From assembly GCA_963664115.2 (NCBI GenBank), contig CAXWPJ010000002.1, positions 352,001 to 416,000 on the forward strand: DNA of 64,000 nt. The letters run 5' to 3'. The DNA is from Terriglobia bacterium (GTDB lineage Bacteria; Acidobacteriota; Terriglobia; 20CM-2-55-15). The number at the start of each line of letters is the position of its first letter. Within the stretch, counting starts at the first letter, position 1. Below the pieces are notes generated by a model. The model saw only the letters and a program-made list of their open reading frames with translations. It was not told where the DNA came from and ran no database searches. Shown here piece by piece: positions 40,804 through 51,388 of the stretch. Position numbers and translations under genes: made by a program.

Positions 40804-41727
40804 ATGCTAGTGAAATTATTCAGTGTCATCTTAACCGTCCTTGGCATGGTGAGTACCGTCACTCCCACATCCGGCCAGACCACGAACAGTGATTATGACG
40901 TTACGGTCTTCGGGGCGCCGCCTAATGGTGAAGAAATCTGGGGCGATACGATATCGGTCGCTGCCGATGGCAAGGGATCCGTCCTCGTGCTCCGGCGCGC
41001 CGAACCACCCGTCGTGATTTTCAACCGTGAGGGAGAAGTTCAAAGCACCTGGGGCGATGGGTTGTTTCCTGATAAGCACAGTATTGACGTAGACGCGTCG
41101 GGCTTCGTCTGGATCACGGATCGGACCGACCATATGGTCTATAAATTCACTATGGAGGGAGAGCAGCTTCTCGCACTTGGAACCAAAGGCGTCGCGGGCG
41201 ACAACGACTCGACGGATGCCTTCAACCGTCCAAGTGACGTGGCCGTCGCGCCGAACGGCGACATTTTTGTGTCGGACGGATATGGCAACTCCCGACTCGT
41301 TCATTTTTCAGAAGAGGGCCAATTCATCAAGATCATCGGCGGCACCCAGGGAACAGGAACGGGCGAGTTCGATCTGCCGCACGGCGTGGTGTTCGATTCG
41401 AGGGGACGTCTGATTGTGCTGGACCGTCAGAACACAACCAAGACTCCACGTATTCAGGTGTTTGCTCAGGACGGGCGATTCATCGAGCAGTGGACCGATC
41501 TGGGCTTGATGCAACCCTCGGGCCTCGCGATTTCAGAAGATGACACTGTCTATGTCGGAGAAACCGATGGCGAGAAAATCACGATAATCAGGGACGGAAT
41601 CGTGGTCGGCGTGATCGGTGGCCTCGAGTCTCGAGCACACAATATCAATCTGGATCGTGGAACCGGGGCTCTTTACGTCGCCGACTCCAACTCCCCTGGA
41701 CAGATCAAGAAAGTCGTCAGAAAGTGA
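40804..41727 (+). CDS. Exported NHL-repeat PAL-like protein
   Basis: KHSIDVD, SDGYGNSR, LPHGV, LDRQN, RAHNI. Confidence 0.85.
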   Translation: MLVKLFSVILTVLGMVSTVTPTSGQTTNSDYDVTVFGAPPNGEEIWGDTISVAADGKGSVLVLRRAEPPVVIFNREGEVQSTWGDGLFPDKHSIDVDASGFVWITDRTDHMVYKFTMEGEQLLALGTKGVAGDNDSTDAFNRPSDVAVAPNGDIFVSDGYGNSRLVHFSEEGQFIKIIGGTQGTGTGEFDLPHGVVFDSRGRLIVLDRQNTTKTPRIQVFAQDGRFIEQWTDLGLMQPSGLAISEDDTVYVGETDGEKITIIRDGIVVGVIGGLESRAHNINLDRGTGALYVADSNSPGQIKKVVRK

Positions 41728-41742
41728 TCGATCGACGGTGGC

Positions 41743-41766
41743 GCGCGGTCTCTTAGTGGACCGCGC
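41743..41766. terminator. Hairpin between convergent genes
   Basis: GCGCGGTC...GACCGCGC. Confidence 0.45.
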
Positions 41767-41774
41767 ACTCCCAA

Positions 41775-42623
41775 CTAATTCGTAATACCTGTGCTTGCCG
41801 GATCCCGAATTCTTCTGTTGAACGTCTCCACCTCATCCAGGGGCGCGCAGATCTGTTCGGTAATTCCGGAATACAGGCCGTCCCAGCCGTAGTAGCTGGT
41901 GTAGTCGGGATTTTCCGTCTTATATAGGATAGGAAAGTCCCCACCCCAGGTCGCCGTGTAGTACGTCGGATCATGGAGCGTCAATCGAAGCTCCAGGGTC
42001 TCGGCGTCGATTCGCCTCCAACGTTCTTCGACCCGCGCTTCGAAACTGATCGGAAGACCCGTACGATCCAGCCATGCACTGTCATTGATACCAACAGTAT
42101 TGATAACGAGTGTGTCGCCTTCCCACTGACCTACAGAATGTCCGTACCACGCCGGACCAAGGTTGATGAGGTTGTCGCCCGAAGGTATCTCACGCCCGTC
42201 CAGCCAGATCTCACGCAGTCTGCGTTCCCACTGGGTGAATTGCAGTAACCTGTTGTCGGTGTGGATGAATTCAACGGTCTCATGTCGATCCAGAATCCGC
42301 GGAAAACCGAGTGGGTCACATTGAAAAATAGGATCGTTCGAATTCGTGGGTACGTCGGCTTCCTCGGCAGAGACACGGCCGCTCATCTTTGCCATGCCCG
42401 CCGGAGTCAGTGGAGGGTGACTCTCGTCCGGACCGAACAGACGCACGCCCCCGCGGCCGCCATTTCTATAGGTATAGTTGAACCAAAGCCCCGACAAATC
42501 CCGCGGATCGAACTCCCCTGACACGGCTTCCTGCGCAACAGGACCGGCCTGGACGGGCACGGCTCCGATCAGCAGGACCATTCCCACGACGGCAGCAATC
42601 ACAGTCACGAAACAACTTCGCAT
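41775..42623 (-). CDS. Exported uncharacterised protein, DUF6152-partner family
   Basis: DPRDLSGLW, NDPIFQCDPLGFPR, GITEQICAP. Confidence 0.8.
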   Translation of the reverse strand: MRSCFVTVIAAVVGMVLLIGAVPVQAGPVAQEAVSGEFDPRDLSGLWFNYTYRNGGRGGVRLFGPDESHPPLTPAGMAKMSGRVSAEEADVPTNSNDPIFQCDPLGFPRILDRHETVEFIHTDNRLLQFTQWERRLREIWLDGREIPSGDNLINLGPAWYGHSVGQWEGDTLVINTVGINDSAWLDRTGLPISFEARVEERWRRIDAETLELRLTLHDPTYYTATWGGDFPILYKTENPDYTSYYGWDGLYSGITEQICAPLDEVETFNRRIRDPASTGITN

Positions 42624-42664
42624 CTTGAACCTCTCTTCTGTCAGCCTATCCCAAAGTGTCCAAC

Positions 42665-43495
42665 TCAATGTTGAGTATCACCATCAAAGATCGCATTGAT
42701 AGATGGTGCGCAAATCAACTCCGTAAGCCCTGAAAACATCCCGTACCAACCGTACACGGTCTGTTTCGCAGGATCATCACGCGTCCACCTCTTTATGTCC
42801 GAAACCCACGGAGTCTCATAATAGGTTGGATCATAGAGCGTCAACTGAAGCTCCAGAACGTCCGCTTCTGCCAGGCGATAGCGCTCTTCTATCCTCGCGT
42901 TGAAACTCTTCGGAAGCCCGAACGGATCCAACCACGCTCGGTCGTCCATACCGACCGTGTTGACGACCAGCGTGTCGCCTTCCCAGAAGCCCACTGAATG
43001 GCCGTACCAGGCCGGCCCGATGATATCGAGGTTCTCGCCCGAAGGCACTTCCCGCCCGTCCATCCACAGTTCACGAATGGCTCTCTCCAACTGGTGGAGC
43101 TGCAACAGACGGCCATCCACATGAATGAACTCAAAAATTTCTGGAGCCGTATCGACAAGAATTCGCGGAAAGCCTGTGGGGTTACACACTATAGTCGGAT
43201 CGTTAGACTGGCCTGGGAAATCGGCCACTTCCATGAAATCGACCCGACTGCCCCTCTGAGGAGTGATCGCCCGCGCCCTAGCTTCGCCCTCGGGCGTCAT
43301 CGCCGGGATGGTATCGCGGGGGCCGAAAGCACGATCTCCCCGCTGAACCCCGCCTCCACGGAACCAAATTCCGGAGAGATCCTGCGGATCGAAACTCTCG
43401 CCGCCCGATTGAGCTTGAGCATCGAGAGGTGCGAACGTCGCAACTAACAGCACCGACATCAACACGGCGCTCCACGTTCTGAAACAATATGGCAT
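42665..43495 (-). CDS. Exported uncharacterised protein, DUF6152-partner family
   Basis: DPQDLSGIW, NDPTIVCNPTGFPR, GLTELICAP. Confidence 0.8.
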   Translation of the reverse strand: MPYCFRTWSAVLMSVLLVATFAPLDAQAQSGGESFDPQDLSGIWFRGGGVQRGDRAFGPRDTIPAMTPEGEARARAITPQRGSRVDFMEVADFPGQSNDPTIVCNPTGFPRILVDTAPEIFEFIHVDGRLLQLHQLERAIRELWMDGREVPSGENLDIIGPAWYGHSVGFWEGDTLVVNTVGMDDRAWLDPFGLPKSFNARIEERYRLAEADVLELQLTLYDPTYYETPWVSDIKRWTRDDPAKQTVYGWYGMFSGLTELICAPSINAIFDGDTQH

Positions 43496-43721
43496 CACTA
43501 CAATCTCCTTCGACTTCACTGTAGGGAGCAAAGGTCAAGACGACTCAACCCGCCCCGAACCGGTTCACACAGGGACAGCATAACGCCCTTTAATAACTTC
43601 TGTAAACGGAGACGGGATGTTTACAGCATAGGGACCACAATCCACCTGGCCGAATTCGCAGTCTGCCACTCAAAGGCTCCTGAAACGGTCAGTAAGGACG
43701 CGTGGCTCAGTCTTTTCCCGC

Positions 43722-44468
43722 TTAGTCCGAGACAGGCGGTGTGTCGGCTACCATGTCCCCGCAACCCGCACGGTTGGCCCAATAGTGCCATGCACGCCAC
43801 GTCTGCACCGAATGCGGTTTGTATACAGCCGCGCGCGCGGCAATCTCTCCCTCGGTAAGCGGTTTGAACTTGCCAAGCTGCATCGCGGCCAGTTGGACGC
43901 GCGCGTTGCGCGGCAGATAAACCGACAGCCTGACGACTTCGATCAGTGTGGAAGACGCCGCTGCGAATCCGTGCCCGCGCATCAGCGCCACGCTTTTATC
44001 ACCCAGACACTCGGCCAGGTCCTGTCCCTGTTCCAGCTTTGTCACCAGCAGGGTGGTGTCGTCGCCAAACTTGTCTGCGATATCCCAGACCGGAACTCGG
44101 CTTCCAATGAAACTGCCGGAGTGAACGACCGCCCCCAGGGGAACGTCCGAAATTCCGAAGGGCAATATGGCCTCGGCATGGGCATGGACGACCGCATTGA
44201 CATCAGAGCGTGACTGGTAGATCCCGCAGTGAATAAAGCGCTCAAGATAGGGCTGGCGTGTATCCTCGACCGGCTCGCCGTTTAAATAGAACTCCATCAG
44301 GTCGCCATGTTGGACCAGATCCGGAGGCAGAGAGCGGGACATGAAGAATCGCTCGGGGTTCTCAGGATGTCGAAAGCTGACGTGGCCGTACGCATCCACG
44401 ACGTCTTCCTTCGCGAGTATGCGGTTGGCCACAACAAGTTGGTTTAGCTCATGGTCTAATTTATTCAC
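43722..44468 (-). CDS. Class II aldolase/adducin family protein
   Basis: DAYGHVS, ERFIH, VVHAH, LMRGHG. Confidence 0.88.
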   Translation of the reverse strand: MNKLDHELNQLVVANRILAKEDVVDAYGHVSFRHPENPERFFMSRSLPPDLVQHGDLMEFYLNGEPVEDTRQPYLERFIHCGIYQSRSDVNAVVHAHAEAILPFGISDVPLGAVVHSGSFIGSRVPVWDIADKFGDDTTLLVTKLEQGQDLAECLGDKSVALMRGHGFAAASSTLIEVVRLSVYLPRNARVQLAAMQLGKFKPLTEGEIAARAAVYKPHSVQTWRAWHYWANRAGCGDMVADTPPVSD

Positions 44469-44777
44469 AGTCTCTCCATAAGGGAAAATTTCACTAGAAC
44501 GACGCCGAACCGACCTAGTATATACGGAGGCAGAATGGGACTGAAAGTCTGTATTCCAGTTCGTCTCGGGCGCGTAGTCCGGCTGTGAGGATCTCGTGTG
44601 ACGCTCCCGTCTCCCAGGGTGCGACGATCTGAGAGTATCCAATCTATTGCATTGGATGACCGGAACGGCTTCGTTTTTGTCCTGAGTTGATGGTTTGAGG
44701 TCGGCCGACGCAATCTTTGGTCTACACGATCATAAGGACGTGGATTGCGGAGTACGCTCGATGTGGACGAGAGCCGC

Positions 44778-45983
44778 TCAATCGGAAAGCAAGGCGTTCA
44801 GCTGAACAAACCGCTCATCTCCGCTGATGAAGTCAAAGATCGAATCCTCAAGCAGGTCGGATTGTGTGAACCCCTCTTCATACGCCCGATACAGTAACGA
44901 AATCGCCCGATCCCCATCACCGACATTCGCGAAAACCTTCGCAAGGTAGAAGCTCACCATGGGCTGGCTGTCCTGAGGTTGCCGGACCATGGTGCCAAAT
45001 CCTCCGCCAGAATTATCGAACAACGTCGGATCCAGACGCAGCGCCGCGATGAAAAAGACCAGGCCATCTTCATAGCGTTCAAGGGCAAACAAACAATAGC
45101 CGAGGTTCTGTAGAACAGTCGGCGATTCCGGATTGATGATCAATGCCCTTCTGAAATACCTGCGCGCCGTATCATAACGTTCCCGACTCATCTCAATTGA
45201 TCCCAGATTGTTCAAAGCGGGCAAGAAATACTCGTTCGCGTCAAGAGCTCTCCGATACTGCCTTTCCGCGTTTCGGACATCCTGATTCTGGTGATAGGCG
45301 ATACCGAGCTTATTGATCAGCCTGGCATTGTCCCGGTCGATGTCCAGCGCGTCCTCATAAACTTCGGTCGCTTCCGAAAAAAACTTCCGCGCCATCAGTG
45401 AATCCCCGCGAATTTCCTGCATTCTTAAGTCTTCGATCACCTCCGCCGACATGAGCAGCACTACGCGAATCAAGTCGCCTTCGACGCTGTCGATTAACAA
45501 TAGATTCTCGACATAATTCGCGTTGATCACGGTACTGACGGAACGGCTGTTCCTTCGGGCGTACCTGGCAGCGCGAAGATTATCTTGAAGGAGAGCGTTC
45601 TCAGGATCCCGCTCAAGCGCGTCCTCGAAGCGGTCTGCCGCCTCACCAAAGTCACGCCGCGCGTAATAAATCGCCCCAAGGTTATTATGGCCCGCCGCTA
45701 CGTCCTCAGCCTGATCCCGAACATGCCGATAGATACCCTCGGCTTCCGCGAGCCGGTCAAGGAGGTGATACGACGACCCGAGTCGGGTGTGGACTGTGGG
45801 CTGCAGTTCTATATCAGCGATATTTTCAAACGCAGAAATCGCTGCTTCGTAATCCGCAGCTTCGAAAGCGCGGTTCCCCATGGCGATGTAATCGGGCTGC
45901 TGCGGCTCAACTGCCTGACCCAACAAGGTTGCGGCGGGTAGAGCGACCAGTAACAACAGGCTGATCTTAGCGGCGTATTTCAT
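44778..45983 (-). CDS. Exported TPR protein
   Basis: Repeated NNLG..Y / LG.AY TPR motifs. Confidence 0.8.
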   Translation of the reverse strand: MKYAAKISLLLLVALPAATLLGQAVEPQQPDYIAMGNRAFEAADYEAAISAFENIADIELQPTVHTRLGSSYHLLDRLAEAEGIYRHVRDQAEDVAAGHNNLGAIYYARRDFGEAADRFEDALERDPENALLQDNLRAARYARRNSRSVSTVINANYVENLLLIDSVEGDLIRVVLLMSAEVIEDLRMQEIRGDSLMARKFFSEATEVYEDALDIDRDNARLINKLGIAYHQNQDVRNAERQYRRALDANEYFLPALNNLGSIEMSRERYDTARRYFRRALIINPESPTVLQNLGYCLFALERYEDGLVFFIAALRLDPTLFDNSGGGFGTMVRQPQDSQPMVSFYLAKVFANVGDGDRAISLLYRAYEEGFTQSDLLEDSIFDFISGDERFVQLNALLSD

Positions 45984-46084
45984 AGGAATGCTCCTTCCGA
46001 AATTTTAACACTCCACACCGTCCAGGGACGAACCCTATCGAAGGGATAAAATTCACGTCGAGGGGCCGATCGCCCTCTTTAACT

Positions 46085-48076
46085 CTAAACAATCTCCAAC
46101 TGCCTTTCCTTAAGCGCTTTAGCGCGGTCACGCAACTCGGCCGCGCGTTCAAACTCAAACCTCCGGGCCGCCTCCCGCATCTCTTCCTCGATCTCGGCTA
46201 TCCGTTGCACCAATTTCACAGGATCGTCAATATTGTCGTCCTCCGCCACGCGGAGTGGAATCGGGTCAGAATAATCCGCTTCAGTTACCGAGACCAGCAG
46301 CATGTCGATGGGCTTCATGATCGTTTCCGGCGTTATCCCGTTTTCTTTGTTGTAGTCGAGCTGAATGTTCCGCCTGCGATCGGTTTCCTCGATCGCCTGT
46401 TTCATGGATCCGGTCACAGTGTCCGCATAAAGAACTGCCATACCATTGACGTTACGTGCAGCACGTCCCATGGTCTGAATCAGTGCACCACTGGACCGCA
46501 AAAACCCTTCCTTGTCGGCATCGAGAATAGCAACAAGCGAGACCTCGGGCAGGTCGAGGCCTTCCCTCAGCAGATTGATCCCGATCAAGACGTCGAAATC
46601 TCCGCGACGGAGTCCTCTCAGAATCTTGATACGCTCCAGCGTTTCTATTTCGGAGTGGAGATAACGGCAGCGAACTCCAACTTCGGTGTAATACTCCGCC
46701 AGGTCTTCCGCCATACGTTTGGTCAGCGTTGTCACGAGCACCCGCTCTCCCACCCCAACGCGTTCCCTGATTTCATGAAGCAGATCGTCGATCTGCCCGT
46801 TGACAGGACGCACTTCTATCCTCGGGTCGGTAAGACCCGTCGGGCGAATGACCTGTTCGACCACGACGCCCGCAGATTTGGTCAACTCGTAGGGGCGCGG
46901 TGTCGCGGAGACATAGATCACCTGGTTGACCCTCCCCTCGAACTCGCCAAAGGTCAGAGGACGATTGTCCAGCGCTGACGGGAGGCGAAATCCGTATTCA
47001 ACCAGATTGGATTTTCGAGACTGGTCCCCCTTATACATTCCTCCGATCTGCGGCACCGTCTGATGGCTTTCGTCGATAAACATCAAAGAATCCACGGGCA
47101 GATAATCGAGAAGCGTGGGTGGAGGCTGACCCGGAGCCCGGCGGGTGAGGTGTCTGGAATAGTTCTCAATTCCATGGCAATAACCCACTTCCTTGATCAT
47201 TTCCAAATCAAATAGCGTTCGCTGATGCACGCGCTGCGCTTCCAGCAATCGACCCTGACGCTCGAGCAAGGCCTCCCAATCTTTGAGTTCGGCACGTATG
47301 GTTTGAATGGCTGACTCGATGCGCGAACGCGGCATCACGAAGTGGCTCTTCGGGTATACGGTCAAGCGCTCCAGGACATCGATAACATCTCCGGTGAGCG
47401 GATCGAAGGTGCTCAGTTTCTCAACGTCGTCGCCCCAGAGTTCAATTCGATAGCAAATGTTTTCATAGGTGGGATAGATTTCGACCGTGTCTCCCCGAAC
47501 CCTGAACATCCCGCGCTTAAAGTCAATGTCGTTCCGCTCGTAGAGAATTTCCACGAGCTTGGACAACACTTCACGCCGGGACACATGTTGCCCCCGCTCC
47601 AACATAAGAAGCATGCCGAAGTAAGCTTCGGGTGAGCCGAGACCGTAAATACACGACACCGACGCGACGATCAACACATCGCGACGTTCAAACAGAGACC
47701 GTGTTGCCGAAAGGCGTAAGCGGTCTATTTCATCGTTGATCGTCGATTCCTTCTCGATGTACGTGTCCGTCGTCGAGATGTAGGCTTCCGGCTGGTAGTA
47801 GTCGTAATAGCTCACGAAGTACTCAACCGCGTTCTTTGGGAAGAACCCCCGAAACTCATGATAGAGCTGTGCAGCCAAAGTCTTGTTGTGAGCCAGAACA
47901 ATCGTGGGCCGGTCGAGGGCTTCGATCACTTTGGCCATCGTGAAGGTCTTACCCGAACCGGTCACACCCAGGAGCACCTGATGCTGCTCCCCGTCACGGA
48001 GGCCACGGACGAGTCCGTCAATCGCAGTTTCCTGGTCACCTCGCGGCGCGTATGCTGATGCAAGTTCGAAGCTCAT
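46085..48076 (-). CDS. uvrB: Excinuclease ABC subunit B
   Basis: [23 protein letters not shown]-terminal UVR domain. Confidence 0.98.
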   Translation of the reverse strand: MSFELASAYAPRGDQETAIDGLVRGLRDGEQHQVLLGVTGSGKTFTMAKVIEALDRPTIVLAHNKTLAAQLYHEFRGFFPKNAVEYFVSYYDYYQPEAYISTTDTYIEKESTINDEIDRLRLSATRSLFERRDVLIVASVSCIYGLGSPEAYFGMLLMLERGQHVSRREVLSKLVEILYERNDIDFKRGMFRVRGDTVEIYPTYENICYRIELWGDDVEKLSTFDPLTGDVIDVLERLTVYPKSHFVMPRSRIESAIQTIRAELKDWEALLERQGRLLEAQRVHQRTLFDLEMIKEVGYCHGIENYSRHLTRRAPGQPPPTLLDYLPVDSLMFIDESHQTVPQIGGMYKGDQSRKSNLVEYGFRLPSALDNRPLTFGEFEGRVNQVIYVSATPRPYELTKSAGVVVEQVIRPTGLTDPRIEVRPVNGQIDDLLHEIRERVGVGERVLVTTLTKRMAEDLAEYYTEVGVRCRYLHSEIETLERIKILRGLRRGDFDVLIGINLLREGLDLPEVSLVAILDADKEGFLRSSGALIQTMGRAARNVNGMAVLYADTVTGSMKQAIEETDRRRNIQLDYNKENGITPETIMKPIDMLLVSVTEADYSDPIPLRVAEDDNIDDPVKLVQRIAEIEEEMREAARRFEFERAAELRDRAKALKERQLEIV

Positions 48077-48194
48077 GGAAAACCTACATTCTAACAGCTT
48101 AAGACCCGAAGACCGCCAGCTGGCTGTTCTTGACACACATCGACCCATCGCCTAATCTCAACGATCTGACTTGTGAAATTTTCGCCTTTAGTAC

Positions 48195-49025
48195 GTGGCC
48201 TATGTTGTGCAATTGACGGATTTTCTCGAAAGCGTGACTCCTGAAGTCCTCGGCGCTATCTGGTGCCCTTCCTGCCGCTCGGAAACTCATCTCGAAAGTA
48301 ACGATGACTCGCTGCAGTGTCCGCAGTGCGGGCTCAGGTATCCGTTCCGTGAGGGATATCTGGACCTCTTACCCCACTACGAAGAACGAATCACGCCCAT
48401 CCAGCATCTCCTTCAATTTAAACCGGCAATCCTCCTTTACGACAACATCTGGAGGCCCGCTGGCTATTTTCTGACGAGCGGACGATCGTTTTCCACGGAT
48501 CTCGTCGGGATCACGAAACTGATGGCGCCGGAACGGCATCGGCTGGTTCTCGATCTGGCATGCGGACCGGGTAATTTCACGCGTAGCGTTGCCCGCTGCG
48601 ACGAGCGGATCCAGGTCGTCGGGTTTGACCTGGCGCGCGGGATGCTCGAACGCGCGGGACATCTCACAGCGCAAGAAGAATTCCCGAACGTTCAGTACAT
48701 GCGGGGCAGCGCACTGTCACTACCGTTCCGCCCCGGAGTGTTCGACGGCGTCATCTGTTGCGGCGCTTTGCAACTGTTCACCGATTATGACCGGTCGCTG
48801 GCCGAAATCTCGCGTGTCCTGAAGGCGGGTGGCGAGTTCGTATGCCAGACCATAGTCTGCCCCAAACCCGCCCCTCTATGGCTTGATATGGCAGACCGTT
48901 TGATGAAATTCGGCCACTTCAAGATGGACGAGTTCAAGCGCCAGCTCAACGAGCTGCAACTCAACATACTCGATGAAGAACTCTCCCGGGCCAGCTTTAT
49001 CTTCCGGGCCGCGAAGGCATCGTGA
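48195..49025 (+). CDS. Class I SAM methyltransferase with N-terminal Zn-ribbon
   Basis: CPSC..CPQC; LDLACGPG. Confidence 0.85.
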   Translation: MAYVVQLTDFLESVTPEVLGAIWCPSCRSETHLESNDDSLQCPQCGLRYPFREGYLDLLPHYEERITPIQHLLQFKPAILLYDNIWRPAGYFLTSGRSFSTDLVGITKLMAPERHRLVLDLACGPGNFTRSVARCDERIQVVGFDLARGMLERAGHLTAQEEFPNVQYMRGSALSLPFRPGVFDGVICCGALQLFTDYDRSLAEISRVLKAGGEFVCQTIVCPKPAPLWLDMADRLMKFGHFKMDEFKRQLNELQLNILDEELSRASFIFRAAKAS

Positions 49026-49085
49026 AGTTATCAGTTCAGAGTCAAAAGCTGGAAATTCCCAGCTCTTAATTGATAAGGTTCAACT

Positions 49086-49703
49086 TTAATAGGTAATGAT
49101 GGCGCCTTCCGGATCGAGAGCTATTGCATCAATACCCCATGGGATTAGAAAGCCCTCATCAAGGTCGACCCTGGGAAATCGAGGTTTAACGAACTGATCG
49201 ATCAGCACCTCGACCACTGCAATGGGAACGGGAAAACCGTCCACACGGACCTGCTGCAGCTGGAACGTGCCTTCCCCCGCGTGACCCTCCAGAGCCCCTT
49301 TCACGAACAGGCTGTGCGGATTTTGCAGAAGGATATCTACGATGGGGTTGCCCGAACCTTCCTGAGTATCGAAACGCAATTCTGTAAAGGCTGAAATCGT
49401 ACCTGACTCTATAGTCACATCGATCAACCGCACTCGGGCGGGAATCTCATCCTTCATAGAGAAGAAGACAAAAGATTCCATTTCGACATCCGTTACCCGG
49501 ATTGACGTTGCGGCGCCCGGATCTCGGGTGGCAGAGCTTTCGGCCTCTCGTATCGCAACGATCTTGCCCCATAGTGAATCTGCGGCACCCGGAGATACAT
49601 TCGGAGGGGTCGTCTCGGAAGATTCCTGAGCTTTAACAGAACCGGCGAGAAAAACACCAAAAAGGACTGCGACCGAGCAAAGCGATAGCCGAACGGCGGG
49701 CAT
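49086..49703 (-). CDS. Exported hypothetical protein
   Basis: Signal peptide; 3 bp downstream of lepB. Confidence 0.65.
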   Translation of the reverse strand: MPAVRLSLCSVAVLFGVFLAGSVKAQESSETTPPNVSPGAADSLWGKIVAIREAESSATRDPGAATSIRVTDVEMESFVFFSMKDEIPARVRLIDVTIESGTISAFTELRFDTQEGSGNPIVDILLQNPHSLFVKGALEGHAGEGTFQLQQVRVDGFPVPIAVVEVLIDQFVKPRFPRVDLDEGFLIPWGIDAIALDPEGAIITY

Positions 49704-49706
49704 GAG

Positions 49707-50471
49707 CTACTGGATGATCATGAACGTTCGATTCCAGCGGGTCTTAGTAAAGAAGTTTGTTCCCAGTTCCACGATTTGGCTCAAGCGGTCACCCACTGCT
49801 GTCTGCAAGTATTCGTCCGAATCCGTTTCATAAGACCAATAAATGATGAGTGCCTTGCCGACGATGTCCGCAATTGGGACAAAGCCCCAGTATCGGCTGT
49901 CCGAGCTGTTGTCACGATTGTCACCCATGGCGAAGTAGTGCCCCTCGGGCACGAGGATCTCATCGTCAACCATGTAGTCCTCGTACCAGTACGGATCCTG
50001 GTCCACCCCGCCATAGCGGCGTCCCGGATGCGGCCGTGGCGGGAAAAAATCCCTGAACGGATCCGCATAGGCGCCGGGCGGACTGACGTGCATCTTGTAG
50101 GGCTCGTCCAAAAGCCGGCCGTCAACGAAAACCTGCTGGTCAACGATCCGGACCCGGTCCCCTGGCAGACCAACGACCCTCTTCACGTAGTGCTTGGTGA
50201 GATCTTTCGGGTATCGAAACACAATCACGTCTCCCCGATCAACCTGATTGAAAGGAAGTACCGCATCGATCCAGGACCCTGGAGTTCCGAACGTGAACTT
50301 GTTAACGAGAAGGTGGTCGCCGACGAGAAGGTTGTTCTCCATCGACGGTGTCGGGATTTTAAACGCCTGAACGATGAACGTCGTCCCGAACAGCGCCAGG
50401 ATAACCGTAATTACGAGTGACTCGAAGTACTCGCGGGGGACGGATTTTTTGTAGGTCTGTTCGTCTGTCAT
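49707..50471 (-). CDS. lepB: Signal peptidase I
   Basis: IPTPSM, YVKRVVGLPGD, MGDNRDNSSDSRYWG. Confidence 0.96.
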   Translation of the reverse strand: MTDEQTYKKSVPREYFESLVITVILALFGTTFIVQAFKIPTPSMENNLLVGDHLLVNKFTFGTPGSWIDAVLPFNQVDRGDVIVFRYPKDLTKHYVKRVVGLPGDRVRIVDQQVFVDGRLLDEPYKMHVSPPGAYADPFRDFFPPRPHPGRRYGGVDQDPYWYEDYMVDDEILVPEGHYFAMGDNRDNSSDSRYWGFVPIADIVGKALIIYWSYETDSDEYLQTAVGDRLSQIVELGTNFFTKTRWNRTFMIIQ

Positions 50472-50663
50472 TGTGCCTGTCGAATCATCAGCAAACGGCC
50501 AACAGGTGATCAGGCCATGCCCCGGACTTAGACACTATATCGTTTCTACTCAATTTGTTCCAGCCAAGAGACCTGCAGGAAGAGTCGTCCGACCGGTCAG
50601 CAGGGTCAATGAGCGAAAGACTTCCCTACTTCCTGCGGATAGACCGCGTCTACGCAGAACGGG

Positions 50664-51368
50664 TCAGAAATCTGCATCTGTCTTCAGCAAGTCCATGGCC
50701 TGCATCGCTGCCGCCTGTTCAGCCGCCTTCTTAGTCAGGCCCCGGCCCTCGGCGACGGCGACATCGTCGATCAAGACTTCGACGGTAAAGAGCTTCTCGT
50801 GATCCGGACCCAGAGCATCGATCAGCTTGTAATCGGCCGGCTTCTGGCCGCGAGTTTGAAGACCCTCTTGCAGTGCCGACTTGAAATCAGGAACATGACC
50901 GGCCGCGTCCGTAATCTCGTTGATTTGTACGGTGAAGAACCGAAGAATGATGTCCCTGACGCGTTCCACTCCGGCGTCGAGATATATAGCAGCAATGAGC
51001 GCCTCAAAGGCGTTCACCAACAACGCCTGCTTCCCCCGGCCCCCGGTCTTTTCTTCTCCCTTACCCAGACGCAGGTAGTGACCTAAGCGGATTTGCTCGG
51101 CACACTGAACGAGGTTCGCCGAGCTTACTAGAAATCCTTTCAACTTGGATAGCTGTCCCTCACTCAGGTTTGGCCTGGCCTCGCAAAGCGCTTCGCTTAC
51201 CAAGAACCCGAGGATAGCGTCGCCGAGGAATTCCAGCCTCTCGTTGTCCTCCATCGGGCCAAGGTTGTTCTCGTTAGCGAATGAACTGTGAGTCAGAGCC
51301 TGCTCGAGCAACTCGCGGCGTGCGAACCGGTAGCGAAGTATCTGCTCCAGTTCATCCAGGTGATTCAT
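50664..51368 (-). CDS. rnc: Ribonuclease III
   Basis: NERLEFLGDAIL; C-terminal dsRBD. Confidence 0.97.
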   Translation of the reverse strand: MNHLDELEQILRYRFARRELLEQALTHSSFANENNLGPMEDNERLEFLGDAILGFLVSEALCEARPNLSEGQLSKLKGFLVSSANLVQCAEQIRLGHYLRLGKGEEKTGGRGKQALLVNAFEALIAAIYLDAGVERVRDIILRFFTVQINEITDAAGHVPDFKSALQEGLQTRGQKPADYKLIDALGPDHEKLFTVEVLIDDVAVAEGRGLTKKAAEQAAAMQAMDLLKTDADF

Positions 51369-51388
51369 CAGTGCAACGAGTCCAGATA

